Of a stretch of DNA of 64,000 nucleotides, positions 27,313-36,598 are shown piece after piece (the stretch's first letter is position 1; the number at the start of each line of letters is the position of its first letter). The position numbers and the translations under genes are program-made. The notes under the pieces are model-generated. The model was not told the DNA's origin and made no database searches. It was given only the letters and a program-made list of their open reading frames with translations. The stretch comes from Candidatus Omnitrophota bacterium (GTDB lineage Bacteria > Omnitrophota > Gorgyraeia > Zapsychrales > Zapsychraceae), in the NCBI GenBank assembly GCA_035292445.1, contig DATDQB010000013.1, forward strand, positions 7,884-71,883, written 5' to 3'.

Positions 27313-27957
27313 TTAATAATAATTTTCGCCGTGCTTGATCACGTCCCGCCCCCGCTGTTGGCGTTTGGTATTTTCTGCGAACATCGAGAACATGCAGCCG
27401 CAATATTCCTGCTTATAGAATTTTTCCCTTTTCGAAACCTCATACATCATCAGCGAACCGCTGTTCTTGCGCCAGTCGTGCCCCCAGAAGGTCAATCCGG
27501 GATATTTGGCGGCGACCGCCTCCCCGCAGGCGTTGACCTGGTCCATATTCTTCCAGCGGGCAATGCCGCAGCTGGTCGCGAATACCTTGAAATGATGTTC
27601 GTGGGCATAGAGGGCCGTGAGCTCGAGGCGCATATCGAAGCACATCGCGCAGCGAAGCCCCCGCTCGGGCGCTTTTTCAAGGCCCCTGATCCGCTTCAGC
27701 CACTCCTGCGGATCGTAACCGGCGTCCACGAACGGGACATTCTTTTTTTTCGCGTAACGGATGACGTGCCCTTTTCTCAGCTCATACTCCTCTTGGGGAT
27801 GGACATTCGGATTGTAAAACAAGAGCGTGAGATCGATCCCGGAATAAAGGAGTGTGTCGATGATATAGCCCGAACAGGGCGCGCAGCAGCAGTGCACCAG
27901 CACCTTCTTTTCCCCGTTGGGGGGAGTTAATTTAACGAGCCTGTTGTTGTTCGGCAA
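27313..27957 (-). CDS. queH: Epoxyqueuosine reductase QueH (DUF208), with a TTG start and a GGGAGG Shine-Dalgarno
   Basis: VLVHCCCAPCSGY motif plus conserved Cys/His residues of the QueH family, 214 aa. Confidence 0.8.
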   Translation of the reverse strand: MPNNNRLVKLTPPNGEKKVLVHCCCAPCSGYIIDTLLYSGIDLTLLFYNPNVHPQEEYELRKGHVIRYAKKKNVPFVDAGYDPQEWLKRIRGLEKAPERGLRCAMCFDMRLELTALYAHEHHFKVFATSCGIARWKNMDQVNACGEAVAAKYPGLTFWGHDWRKNSGSLMMYEVSKREKFYKQEYCGCMFSMFAENTKRQQRGRDVIKHGENYY

Positions 27958-28002
27958 TACGACGGCCTCCCAGGATTTGACGTTGTTTTTTTATTATAAA
28001 TC

Positions 28003-28039
28003 TAAAAAGATAAAAGATAAAAGATAAAAGATAAAAAGA
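28003..28039. repeat. Tandem heptamer repeat (AAAAGAT)x5 in the queH promoter region
   Basis: aaaaagat aaaagat aaaagat aaaagat aaaaagat, located 46-82 nt upstream of the queH start. Confidence 0.8.
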
Positions 28040-28180
28040 TGGGTGATAGGCGCCGTTTTGGGGATGCTCCAAGAAAAGAAGGTGCCAGGTAATTTCCCCG
28101 AGGCTACCTGCAGCGAACGCAGTGAGCAGCCCCGCCAAATGCCGTTTTGCGGGGTCCACTTCTCCCTTCTCCATTTATTT

Positions 28181-28510
28181 TTAGACGGCGACTGGAATGT
28201 TGCCGTACTTTTTGGCCGCCTTATCGATCGCCGCACCACCCTTGGCCAGATCGGCAAGGACCATCGCCGGGTGGATCTCCACGCTGGCGTTGAAGGCCAG
28301 AAACCAGGGCTCTACCGTCGCGGGGATCTGCGATTCCTCCGCCAGATTCAGGACAATGATCCCGGTGCGCCGTCCGTTCATCTCGATAAAATAGGCCGCC
28401 TCGGGCTTTTGCTCATCCAGAATTGTTTTGATGGTCCCGCCCAAGAGGCCACCACTGGCCAATGTGTTGGCTTTTTCTGTGGGTAATTCGATCTTCAGTA
28501 GTACTCTCAT
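28181..28510 (-). CDS. Small conserved hypothetical protein, 109 aa, possibly DUF3303-like
   Basis: An AGGAGG Shine-Dalgarno lies 7 nt upstream. The family assignment is from memory only and is low certainty. Confidence 0.55.
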   Translation of the reverse strand: MRVLLKIELPTEKANTLASGGLLGGTIKTILDEQKPEAAYFIEMNGRRTGIIVLNLAEESQIPATVEPWFLAFNASVEIHPAMVLADLAKGGAAIDKAAKKYGNIPVAV

Positions 28511-28585
28511 TGTATTCCTCCTATTCTGCTGTTATACCGCTTCCTATCAATGAAAATGAAGAATGAACGATGAAGGGGACAAGAT

Positions 28586-28657
28586 GAAGGGGACAGGACG
28601 CTCCCAAGGGACACCTCAATCAACTGCCCTGTCCCTTAACGGTGTCCTGTCCCCTTC
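28586..28657. repeat. Copy B of the roughly 80-nt palindromic element, followed by a CT-rich tract (28655-28698)
   Basis: gaaggggacaggacgctcccaagggacac ... gccctgtcccttaacggtgtcctgtccccttc. Both arms match copy A. A partial extra arm gaaggggacaag sits at 28572-28583. Confidence 0.7.
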
Positions 28658-28731
28658 TCTTTTCTCTTTGTCCCCTTCTCTCTTCTCTTTTCTCTTGACC
28701 CCACCTAAAATAAAAATAACAATATTGTACG

Positions 28732-28751
28732 GGCACAGCGCGCTGTGCCCC
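28732..28751 (-). terminator. Perfect 20-nt palindrome GGGCACAGCGCGCTGTGCCC at the PEBP gene stop; probable intrinsic terminator
   Basis: A GC-rich stem followed on the minus-strand transcript by UAUUGUUAUUUUUAUUUU. Confidence 0.5.
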
Positions 28752-29266
28752 TACTTCTTATACAGCCCTATCATCTCCGCCTGCGCGAGGATGTGGCCTT
28801 TCATGGCCGTCTCCACTTTTGCCTTTGTCGCACCTTCGGGTAAATTCAGCTTCACATCAAGCGCGTACACTTTGAAAAAATAACGGTGCGTGCCGCTGGG
28901 TGGGCACGGACCGCCGTAGTCGTTACGTCCCCAGCTGTTTTTTCCCTGCGTGCCGGGAGTAGAATCCTCGGCGATCGAAGCCGTGGGCGCGATATCATAA
29001 ACGATCCAATGGTCCCACGTGCCACCGGGCGCATCTGGATCATCATTGATCAAAACTAGCGTGACAGTTCCTTTTGGCAGATCTTCGATCGTTAGGATGG
29101 GATTGATGTCATCCCCCTGGCAGGTGAACTTTTTAGGGATCGACTGGTTATGCGAAAACGCGGGACTTGTAACTTTCATCGGCGCCACCTCCTGTGCGGC
29201 AACACTCACGGCAAAACCTAATAGGCAGGAAAAAAATACAACTGATCTTAAGAAAGAATCGTGCAT
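28751..29266 (-). CDS. YbhB/YbcL-type PEBP (Raf kinase inhibitor-like) periplasmic protein. Start moved to ATG MHDSFLRS.
   Basis: Signal peptide plus the PEBP motifs DPDAP...GTHRYFFKVYALD. Confidence 0.8.
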   Translation of the reverse strand: MHDSFLRSVVFFSCLLGFAVSVAAQEVAPMKVTSPAFSHNQSIPKKFTCQGDDINPILTIEDLPKGTVTLVLINDDPDAPGGTWDHWIVYDIAPTASIAEDSTPGTQGKNSWGRNDYGGPCPPSGTHRYFFKVYALDVKLNLPEGATKAKVETAMKGHILAQAEMIGLYKK

Positions 29267-29325
29267 CGGGCCCCTTATCAATTACCGCTTATTTTAACGG
29301 CGGAAGTAGGATTTGAGAAGGGAAA

Positions 29326-30072
29326 TTATGGGCTAAAACGAAACCTTTTGTAGCGCCTTTCCCGATTAAGGAAATTGAGCGGGCAGGATGAGCAACGGGC
29401 TTTGGGCTTGCAGAAGTCCTTTCCCAACCGCACGATGAGAGCGTGGTATTCGTTAAAAGTTTTGACATTGGGCTTTAGCGCTTTGCTAAAGAGCTCCTGG
29501 ACTTGATGGTACGTGTCATTTGCGCTACAAAGATGGTGCCTGGAAAAGATCCGTTTGGTGTAGGCGTCAACGACAAAAGTTGGCTTATCCAGCGCGTAGA
29601 GTAGGATCGAATCCGCTGTCTCGGGCCCGATCCCGTTCACCGAAAGAAGCTTGGGGCGCAATACGGTAAGCTCATCTTTTTTCATGCGTCGGATGTCACC
29701 TTTATATTCTTTAAAAAGGAACCGGACAAAATTCTTAAGCCTTCTCGCCTTTACATTAAAATAACCGGCGGGTTTGATGAGGGAAGCGAGTTTCTTATAG
29801 GAGATACGTTTAACTGCGGCGGGTGTGCATATGCCTTGCCTTTTTAAATTCGCGATCGCCTTCTCGACATTGCCCCAGTTGGTGTTCTGGGTGAGAATGG
29901 CGCCGACCATGACCTCAATGGGATCAGCCGGCCGCCCACGAGCCGTTTTCCTGATGGGGCGAGCCTCGCCACCACGCTTCAGCGGGGTGGCGGGCCACCA
30001 ATGCTGGGGGCCGAATGATCCGTGCAGCCTCTTATATATAAGAGAAAGGATCGCCTTCTTTGGAGCTACCAT
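29326..30072 (-). CDS. HhH-GPD superfamily base-excision repair protein (endonuclease III-like domain)
   Basis: WWP...FEVMVGAILTQNTNW...NGIGPETADSILLYAL is the helix-hairpin-helix GPD motif. No FeS cluster cysteines of the Nth type. Confidence 0.7.
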   Translation of the reverse strand: MVAPKKAILSLIYKRLHGSFGPQHWWPATPLKRGGEARPIRKTARGRPADPIEVMVGAILTQNTNWGNVEKAIANLKRQGICTPAAVKRISYKKLASLIKPAGYFNVKARRLKNFVRFLFKEYKGDIRRMKKDELTVLRPKLLSVNGIGPETADSILLYALDKPTFVVDAYTKRIFSRHHLCSANDTYHQVQELFSKALKPNVKTFNEYHALIVRLGKDFCKPKARCSSCPLNFLNRERRYKRFRFSP

Positions 30073-30180
30073 GCCCTCTTCCCGCGCGTTTTCATGCGGG
30101 CGAACTCTTCGAAATTGAAATCGTCCTTATCTTTCTTGGCGGATTGTTGGGCGCCGGCTTCGAACTGGCGCGGATTGAAT

Positions 30181-30606
30181 TTAACCCGGGGTTTCTTGCC
30201 TGATTTGCTCATTTTGCACCTCTTCCTTGGCTTGGACGTAATCCCAATTTTTTAGATTGCCTTCGGTGTCAAAATACAAATAGACCTTATCGGAGCCGAA
30301 AAACTTGGTGGCGTAACGGTACAACCAGACTTGAAGGGCGGAACCGTCCTTATCTTGCTGGTCGATCAGGATCGGATCGCCGAATTTCTTGCGGACGCTG
30401 CGTTGTGTTTTGTACTGGCTGATCTCGCCGGATTTGACAATGGAAACCAATTCATCGAATTTTTTATTAACGGCTTCCACTTCCTTGGACATGGCCGCCT
30501 GCTCATCGGAAACCGCTTTTAAGGTCAGTAACTGGTCCATGTGCTGCACCTTGGCGCAGCCGCAGAGTAAGATGAAAACTAAAGGTAGGATCGATCTCTT
30601 ATTCAT
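30181..30606 (-). CDS. Hypothetical lipoprotein with an LCGC lipobox. Start moved to MNKRSILPL.
   Basis: Signal peptide plus lipobox, 141 aa, no recognisable domain. Confidence 0.55.
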   Translation of the reverse strand: MNKRSILPLVFILLCGCAKVQHMDQLLTLKAVSDEQAAMSKEVEAVNKKFDELVSIVKSGEISQYKTQRSVRKKFGDPILIDQQDKDGSALQVWLYRYATKFFGSDKVYLYFDTEGNLKNWDYVQAKEEVQNEQIRQETPG

Positions 30607-30643
30607 TTCAATAAATTCATTGTAGCACAAAATCCCAAACGGG

Positions 30644-32596
30644 CTAACGGCTGATTCTGATTTTCTCTTCTTCCAATTGCTTGATGGTGCTTTCGATCTC
30701 CCTTTGCCGGCGCTGGATCTCTTTGAGCCGCTGGCCATATTCTTTAAGCGTTGTTTCATCGCGTTTGTCAAAAGATTGGGACAAATGGCGGGACTTCACA
30801 TAGCTTTCCATTTCCAGGTCCTTGAATTCCTTTTGAAGAAGGATGATCTCTTTCTTGATGTGCTCTTTGCGCTTGAGGGCCTGTTTGTGCTTTTGATGGA
30901 GCTCATCGTGCGCCTCGCTGGCCTTGGATGCGCCGCCGTCTTTTTTCGCGGAATGCTTCCCCGCGGAAGCCGCTTCTTTGGCAAGGCCCTTCTTTTCTTT
31001 CATGGCCGCGTCTTCCTTGCCCTGCTTTTTCTCCAAATAATAATCAAGCCCTCCCAAATACGTGGTGAGCTGACCCTGCTGGACATCAACGATACAATTG
31101 GCGATCTCCTTGATGAAGTACAGATCGTGGCTGATAAAACACACCGTGCCTTCGAACTGCTGAAAGGCCTTGGTCAAAGCTTTGATGCCGTCCAAATCCA
31201 AATGGGTTGTCGGCTCATCGAGAAGCATGAAATTCGGCGGGTCGATCAACAATTTCGCCAGGATCAACCGGCTTTTCTCGCCTCCGGAGAGGACCTTTAC
31301 CTGCTTGAATACATCATCCCCGTGAAAATTAAAAAGCCCCAGGAGGCTGCGGGCTCTCACCGCCTGCGTTCCCTGCGGGGCGGAAGCTAGCACTTCCTCA
31401 AAGGCGTTGCGCTCGGGATTCAAGACATCGAGCCGCGCCTGCGAATAATACCCGACATCCACCTGATGGCCGAATTTGATGTCCCCGCTGTCAGGCTTGA
31501 TCGTGCCCGCCAGCATTTTCATGAGCGTTGATTTACCCGCACCGTTGGGCCCGACCAGACAGACCTTCTGCCCGCGGATGATCTCAAAATGCATGTCCTT
31601 ATAGACCTGCTTATCGGCGTAGGATTTGTAGATCTTGTCCATCGTGACCACCTGGTAACCGCTGCGCTTGATATCTGAAAAACCGAAATCCGAAATGGTC
31701 TTGTACTCCTGCGGCAGCTCGATATTCTCCAGCCGCTCGATCATCTTGCGCTTGTTGCGCACCGCTGAGGCGCGGTTCGGCTGGGCGTGGAAGCGCTGGG
31801 CAAAACGCTCGAGCTGTTCCCTTTTTTTTTCGACGACCTTTTGCTTCTTCTCCAGCGTCTTGTTCTCGATCCCCCGCTGGAGCTCAAAGGCTTCATAATT
31901 GCCCTTGACCTTGAACACCCGCTGGTTCTCCAGGACGATCGTGTAATTGGTGACCTCATTCAGGAAAACGCGGTCGTGGGAAATCAGGATAAAAGAACCG
32001 GGGTATGTTTTAAGGAACTCTTTGAGCCAAAGTGTAGCCGGCAGATCCAAATGGTTGGTGGGCTCGTCCAATAAAAGAAGGTCGAACGGGTACACGAGCA
32101 TTTTCGCCAGAAGTGTTCGCATCTGCCAGCCGCCGCTTAGGTCTTTGATCGGCCGGTGGAAATCTTCCGGCTTGAAGCCCAAGCCGGTCAAGATCTTCTC
32201 GGCCTTGTGCTCCAATTCGTAAACGCCCAGATGCTCCATCTCCTCCATGATGTCCCCGTAACGCGGCGAGTCCGCCCTGTGCTCATCTTCGAGTTTGCGC
32301 TTTTCATCCATGATCCGGCGGATATGGTCATCCCCTTCGGTCATCTCTTCCATGACGGTCTTGGACGACTGGTATTTGGCCTCTTGCGGCAAAAACCCGA
32401 TACGAAGGTTTTTCTGGACCGTAACACTTCCCGCTATCGATTCCTGTTCGCCCAATATAATAGAGAAAAGCGTCGTCTTTCCCGAGCCGTTGGGGCCGGT
32501 CAAGCCGATCTTTTCGTTCGGGAAAATGCTCAACGAGACGTCCTTAAAGAGTGTCCGGTTGGTGAAGCCCATGTTCAAATTGTTGATCGTGATCAT
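30644..32596 (-). CDS. ABC-F family ATPase (Uup/EttA-like translation factor) with a long charged C-terminal coiled-coil tail
   Basis: Two ABC nucleotide-binding domains, each with Walker A and a signature, plus an inter-domain linker and no TM domain, 650 aa. Confidence 0.88.
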   Translation of the reverse strand: MITINNLNMGFTNRTLFKDVSLSIFPNEKIGLTGPNGSGKTTLFSIILGEQESIAGSVTVQKNLRIGFLPQEAKYQSSKTVMEEMTEGDDHIRRIMDEKRKLEDEHRADSPRYGDIMEEMEHLGVYELEHKAEKILTGLGFKPEDFHRPIKDLSGGWQMRTLLAKMLVYPFDLLLLDEPTNHLDLPATLWLKEFLKTYPGSFILISHDRVFLNEVTNYTIVLENQRVFKVKGNYEAFELQRGIENKTLEKKQKVVEKKREQLERFAQRFHAQPNRASAVRNKRKMIERLENIELPQEYKTISDFGFSDIKRSGYQVVTMDKIYKSYADKQVYKDMHFEIIRGQKVCLVGPNGAGKSTLMKMLAGTIKPDSGDIKFGHQVDVGYYSQARLDVLNPERNAFEEVLASAPQGTQAVRARSLLGLFNFHGDDVFKQVKVLSGGEKSRLILAKLLIDPPNFMLLDEPTTHLDLDGIKALTKAFQQFEGTVCFISHDLYFIKEIANCIVDVQQGQLTTYLGGLDYYLEKKQGKEDAAMKEKKGLAKEAASAGKHSAKKDGGASKASEAHDELHQKHKQALKRKEHIKKEIILLQKEFKDLEMESYVKSRHLSQSFDKRDETTLKEYGQRLKEIQRRQREIESTIKQLEEEKIRISR

Positions 32597-33336
32597 CGCT
32601 TAATGAGTTTCCTTACGGCACTGATCTCCGCCTCGGTCAGATCGCGCCATTTCCCTTTTTCCAAGCTTCCCAATTGCAGCGGCCCCTGCGTGAGCCTCTT
32701 TAAGTAAAGCACTTTATGCCTCACTTTGCCGAACATTAACCTGACCTGGCGCTTGCGGCCTTCATGGATCTCAATGGTCAAATCGCTGCGAAGGGCGGTT
32801 GATGTGAGAAGGCGGATCTTTGCCGGCGCTGTTTTCTTCCCTTCCAGGACGACTCCCTGCTCCAATTGTTCCTTTGTCTTTTCATCCAATGCCCCTTGAA
32901 TAGCCACCTCATACGTCTTTACGATCTCAAAACGCGGGTGCGTAAGATGGAACGTCACATCGCCGTCGTTGGTGAAAAGCAAAAGCCCTTCGGTATTTTT
33001 ATCCAGCCGCCCCACCGGCACCAGGTAGGACAAAGAAGCCGGAAGCAGGTCAAAGACTGTTTTTTCCGCATGCACGTCCTCTTTGGTCGTCACGTAACCG
33101 GCGGGTTTATTTAACATCACATACTTAAACTGCTTGGTCACGACCGGCTTGCCGTCAACGAAGGCCTTATCTTTCAACGGGTCAATGAGCACGGACGGCT
33201 CCCTGATATTCTTGCCATTGACCGACACGCGGCCTTCCTGGATGATCTTCATCGCCTCCCGCCGGGAGCAAACGCCGTTGCGGGAAAGAAAGACCTGCAA
33301 ACGAATCTTACTGGGATCGTTGACGGTTGATCTCAT
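32593..33336 (-). CDS. rRNA pseudouridine synthase, RsuA/RluB family
   Basis: S4 domain plus PseudoU_synth_2 with the GRLD catalytic motif (PVGRLDKNTEGLLLFTND). Confidence 0.85.
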   Translation of the reverse strand: MRSTVNDPSKIRLQVFLSRNGVCSRREAMKIIQEGRVSVNGKNIREPSVLIDPLKDKAFVDGKPVVTKQFKYVMLNKPAGYVTTKEDVHAEKTVFDLLPASLSYLVPVGRLDKNTEGLLLFTNDGDVTFHLTHPRFEIVKTYEVAIQGALDEKTKEQLEQGVVLEGKKTAPAKIRLLTSTALRSDLTIEIHEGRKRQVRLMFGKVRHKVLYLKRLTQGPLQLGSLEKGKWRDLTEAEISAVRKLIKR

Positions 33337-34105
33337 ATAGCACGATAGCGGTTGAGACAGAGACGTTCAAGGAATCGACGCGGCCTTTCATCGGGATACG
33401 AAGCGTTTGCTGCGCCTTGCGCAGCCAGAACGGGCTTAAGCCTTCCCTTTCACTGCCGACGATGAGCGCCAAGGACTTGTTGACGTCAATCTGGGTATAT
33501 AATTTTTTTGCCTGAGGCGAGGTGGCAATGACCTCAACGTTATTTTTCTTAAGGAATTCATACGCTTTGTCGCTCGTTGTCACGGCGACTTTCATGGTAA
33601 AGACCGTGCCCAGGCTGGAGCGGATCGCGTTGGGGTTATGGATATCGGTGGATGGGTCGCAGACGATGACCGCATCAGCCCCGGCGCCGTCGCAGCTGCG
33701 CAGGATCGCCCCTAAATTGCCCGGCTTTTCAACGCGCTCGATCACCACATAAACTGCCTTTTCTTTCTTCGGCATATCATTCAAGCCAAGCTCTGCCACT
33801 TTGGCCAAACATAATAAGCCCTGTTCTCTATCGCCATAAGCGATCTTCTTAAAGACAGGCGCCGATGTTTCATAAATGGGTTTCTTGGCTGAATTCAACC
33901 GGTCCATGATCTTGGCTTTAAGCGGGTCTTGGGACTCACCAAACCAATATAATTCCCGCACATCCACCTTGGCTTCCAACGCCATCCAGATCTCCCGTTC
34001 GCCTTCGATGATGGTCAAATCATCCTGCTTGCGGCTGCGCCGGTCGCGCAGCGCAACGATATGTTTGATCTTAGGATTGGTGACGCTACTGATGATCTCA
34101 GGCAT
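33308..34105 (-). CDS. SpoU/TrmH family RNA 2'-O-methyltransferase
   Basis: SPOUT fold with the GNLGAILRS and LNVSVSTAI motifs, 265 aa. Confidence 0.8.
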   Translation of the reverse strand: MPEIISSVTNPKIKHIVALRDRRSRKQDDLTIIEGEREIWMALEAKVDVRELYWFGESQDPLKAKIMDRLNSAKKPIYETSAPVFKKIAYGDREQGLLCLAKVAELGLNDMPKKEKAVYVVIERVEKPGNLGAILRSCDGAGADAVIVCDPSTDIHNPNAIRSSLGTVFTMKVAVTTSDKAYEFLKKNNVEVIATSPQAKKLYTQIDVNKSLALIVGSEREGLSPFWLRKAQQTLRIPMKGRVDSLNVSVSTAIVLYEINRQRSQ

Positions 34106-34908
34106 TAAAGTAAATGATAACCCGTTAAGAACCGTTTTAAGTTATCTTTGAAGATGTCCTCACTGGAAAAAAGGCCTTCGTTATGCGTGCCCGTAAGATC
34201 GACGAATTCTTTCGGCGCCAAGGCCGCCTCATAGAGCTTGCGCCCCAGCGCGTAGGGCACGATCTCATCGTGGGGGCTGTGAAAAAATAGCTTCGGCGTT
34301 TTTATCCGGCCGACCTTATGGAGCGAATCCAATTTAGTGCCGATGATAAAAGACGGGACAAAAGGAACGATCCTTTTGGCCATATCGGCCCCATTGGTGA
34401 AAGAAGAATCAATGATGAGGGCGGCCAACTCCCTCTGTGTCGAAAGATCGATGGCCACGGCTCCACCTAATGAGGCGCCGTAGGCAATGATCTTTTCCGC
34501 GTTGATATCCGTACGTCCCTTGAGATAATCGTAAACCGCGATCGCATCCGCGTATATCCCGGCTTCCGTCGGCGCGCCTTCACTTTTGCCGTAACCGCGG
34601 TAATCAAATATCAGGACATTGACGCCGATCTCATGAAAAATTTCCAACTTGCCCAGCCGGTCCCCGATATTGCCGGCGTTGCCGTGGCAGAAGATCAACG
34701 TGCTCTGCGCCCTTGGCGCCTTGATGAGCCACCCATTCAGGCGAAGGCCGTCATGTGTTGTGAACATCACGTCCTCAAAATCCAATCCGATCCGCGATGG
34801 GTCGGCGAGAACTTCCCTCGCGGGCACGAACAACATCCTATTCTCCAAAAAACGGACATAAAGGACGAACAAAAGGCCAAAGCCGATTAAGTAAAAAAGG
34901 ATCTTCAT
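34105..34908 (-). CDS. Alpha/beta hydrolase with an N-terminal anchor helix
   Basis: HGNAGN ... GASLGG nucleophile elbow and an Asp/His catalytic pattern, 267 aa. Confidence 0.8.
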   Translation of the reverse strand: MKILFYLIGFGLLFVLYVRFLENRMLFVPAREVLADPSRIGLDFEDVMFTTHDGLRLNGWLIKAPRAQSTLIFCHGNAGNIGDRLGKLEIFHEIGVNVLIFDYRGYGKSEGAPTEAGIYADAIAVYDYLKGRTDINAEKIIAYGASLGGAVAIDLSTQRELAALIIDSSFTNGADMAKRIVPFVPSFIIGTKLDSLHKVGRIKTPKLFFHSPHDEIVPYALGRKLYEAALAPKEFVDLTGTHNEGLFSSEDIFKDNLKRFLTGYHLL

Positions 34909-34941
34909 GGGTCCGGACGCTCATTCATCATGGCCCCGCCA

Positions 34942-35346
34942 TTACGCCTCATTCTTGGATTTATGCTGGGGGATCAGTTGCACCATCAGTTGAACGGCCT
35001 TTAACACGTCTTGGATCGTGCAGGGCTTGGTGATATAGTGGTCAGCGTCCAGATCAAATCCTTTCTGGACGTCCTTGAGTTCCTTGCGGGCCGAGATGAT
35101 GATGACAGGGATCCATTTGCGTATTGCGTTCTGCTGGCGCAAAGCCTGCAATACCTCGAAACCGTTCATCCCCGGCATGTTGATGTCCAGCAAGACGACG
35201 TCGGGAAGCTCGCTTTGGATCTTGCGCCACGCGTCTTCCCCGTCAAAGGCGATCACGCTGTCGTAACCGGCTTCGCTGACATGCTTGGCCATCACTTCAA
35301 CGACATCCTGTTCATCATCGGCCATCAAAACTTTTGTCTTCGCCAT
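34942..35346 (-). CDS. Stand-alone response regulator receiver (CheY-like)
   Basis: VLMADDE...LLDINMPGMNG...K motifs with no output domain. Confidence 0.85.
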   Translation of the reverse strand: MAKTKVLMADDEQDVVEVMAKHVSEAGYDSVIAFDGEDAWRKIQSELPDVVLLDINMPGMNGFEVLQALRQQNAIRKWIPVIIISARKELKDVQKGFDLDADHYITKPCTIQDVLKAVQLMVQLIPQHKSKNEA

Positions 35347-35410
35347 ACAATTCTCCGCCATCAAATGTCAACGATAGTTATCTTATCAGAAGAGCCTTGT
35401 TTTTCAATCT

Positions 35411-36598
35411 TTATGACACTTCTTGTTCGATGCGGCTTAGCAGGCGCTCGATACCCTCTTTAAAAATTGGCGGATCGGTCAATAAGCTGACGACTAAGTA
35501 AGGCTCTTCCTCAAAATCAAAAAAATACCCCGGGTGCACAAAAAGGTGATATTTGGACAGAAGCTTTAAGACCCATTCTTCCTCATTTTTTCCGGAATTG
35601 ACAAGCTGCAGGATGGCGTACCAGCCGCCCTGCGCTTTTAATAATTGGACGCCCTTAAGTCCCGCCACTTCTTTTTTCAAAAATTCATAGTTATTGGTGA
35701 TCCTTTGCCGGATCTGACCCTGGATCGCATCTTTATGGGTGAACCAGCTACGCAGCGCGTTCTGGACGGGCGTGTTGACCGAAAGGAACGTATCCGCGAT
35801 CACCTCCAGGCGCTTTTTGGCCTCGCTCACAAGTTGATCGGGGCCGCTCACCACGATCCAGGAAAGTTTCATCTGGGGCAGGCCCAAAGCTTTCGAAAGG
35901 CCGCCTAAGGTAAAGGTCAAGGCGCCTTTGTTCGCTACCATGCTGACGGCGTCTTTATCACGTTCAAGCGGATAATCCCAGAAAACCTCATCGCTGATGA
36001 CGGCCAAACGGTAATACGAACACACCTTGTTGAGCTTTTCCTGCTCCTTTGCATGCAGGTAAGAGCCCGTCGGGTTGTTGGGATTGACCACGACAACGGC
36101 CTTTGTAAAGGCATCTATTTTCTGCGGCAGCCCTTCCCAATCCGGCGCCCAATCCTTGTCTTTGATCAAGGAATAATTATCGATGACGATGTCGCTAAGG
36201 TCGCCTAAAAATGAGAACAAAGGATAGCTCGGCTGCGGGAAAAGGATGTGTTCGCCGTAGTTGGCAAGAAGGCGGAATAAAAAGGCATAGCCTTCCGATG
36301 TGCTTGAAGTTAAAAAGATGTTCTCGGGATCGACTTTGTGATGCGCCGCATAATAATCACTGATGGCTTCGCGGGCCTCTTGAAGCCCCTGCGCCGCAGG
36401 CTGGTAAGTCAAGTTTTCTTTTGATTGCAAGGCCTCCAGAATTTCTTTTTCCGGCAATGCGATGCCGCAGGCGGCGGGGTTGGAGACGGTCAGGTCAAGA
36501 ACAGGTATATTCTGCTTCTTGAAAGAATCCAGCGTTTGCGTGATCTTATTGGCCGTCAGCGGCCACTCTGTCCGTTTGGCAAAAGGAAATTCGTTCAT
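35411..36598 (-). CDS. PLP-dependent aminotransferase, class I/II fold
   Basis: VVNPNNPTGS and the GGLSKALGLPQMK PLP-lysine region, 395 aa. Confidence 0.8.
   Translation of the reverse strand: MNEFPFAKRTEWPLTANKITQTLDSFKKQNIPVLDLTVSNPAACGIALPEKEILEALQSKENLTYQPAAQGLQEAREAISDYYAAHHKVDPENIFLTSSTSEGYAFLFRLLANYGEHILFPQPSYPLFSFLGDLSDIVIDNYSLIKDKDWAPDWEGLPQKIDAFTKAVVVVNPNNPTGSYLHAKEQEKLNKVCSYYRLAVISDEVFWDYPLERDKDAVSMVANKGALTFTLGGLSKALGLPQMKLSWIVVSGPDQLVSEAKKRLEVIADTFLSVNTPVQNALRSWFTHKDAIQGQIRQRITNNYEFLKKEVAGLKGVQLLKAQGGWYAILQLVNSGKNEEEWVLKLLSKYHLFVHPGYFFDFEEEPYLVVSLLTDPPIFKEGIERLLSRIEQEVS

Noticed and set aside
28003-28039. Possible CRISPR array: the heptamer repeats and the two 80-nt palindromes
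   Set aside because: The repeat units are 7 nt with no spacers. The palindromes occur only twice and are 1.3 kb apart. No cas genes are present. This is not a CRISPR array.
27209-28700. Calling the queH cassette a transposon or integron cassette
   Set aside because: There is no transposase, integrase, attC-like site or target-site duplication beyond the palindromes themselves. It is kept as a finding but not annotated as a mobile element.
28563-28883. 106-aa plus-strand ORF across palindrome copy B, the CT tract and the PEBP gene 3' end
   Set aside because: It is read through low-complexity repeat sequence (SLFSLSPSLFSFLL) and overlaps the PEBP gene. It is an artefact of the repeats.
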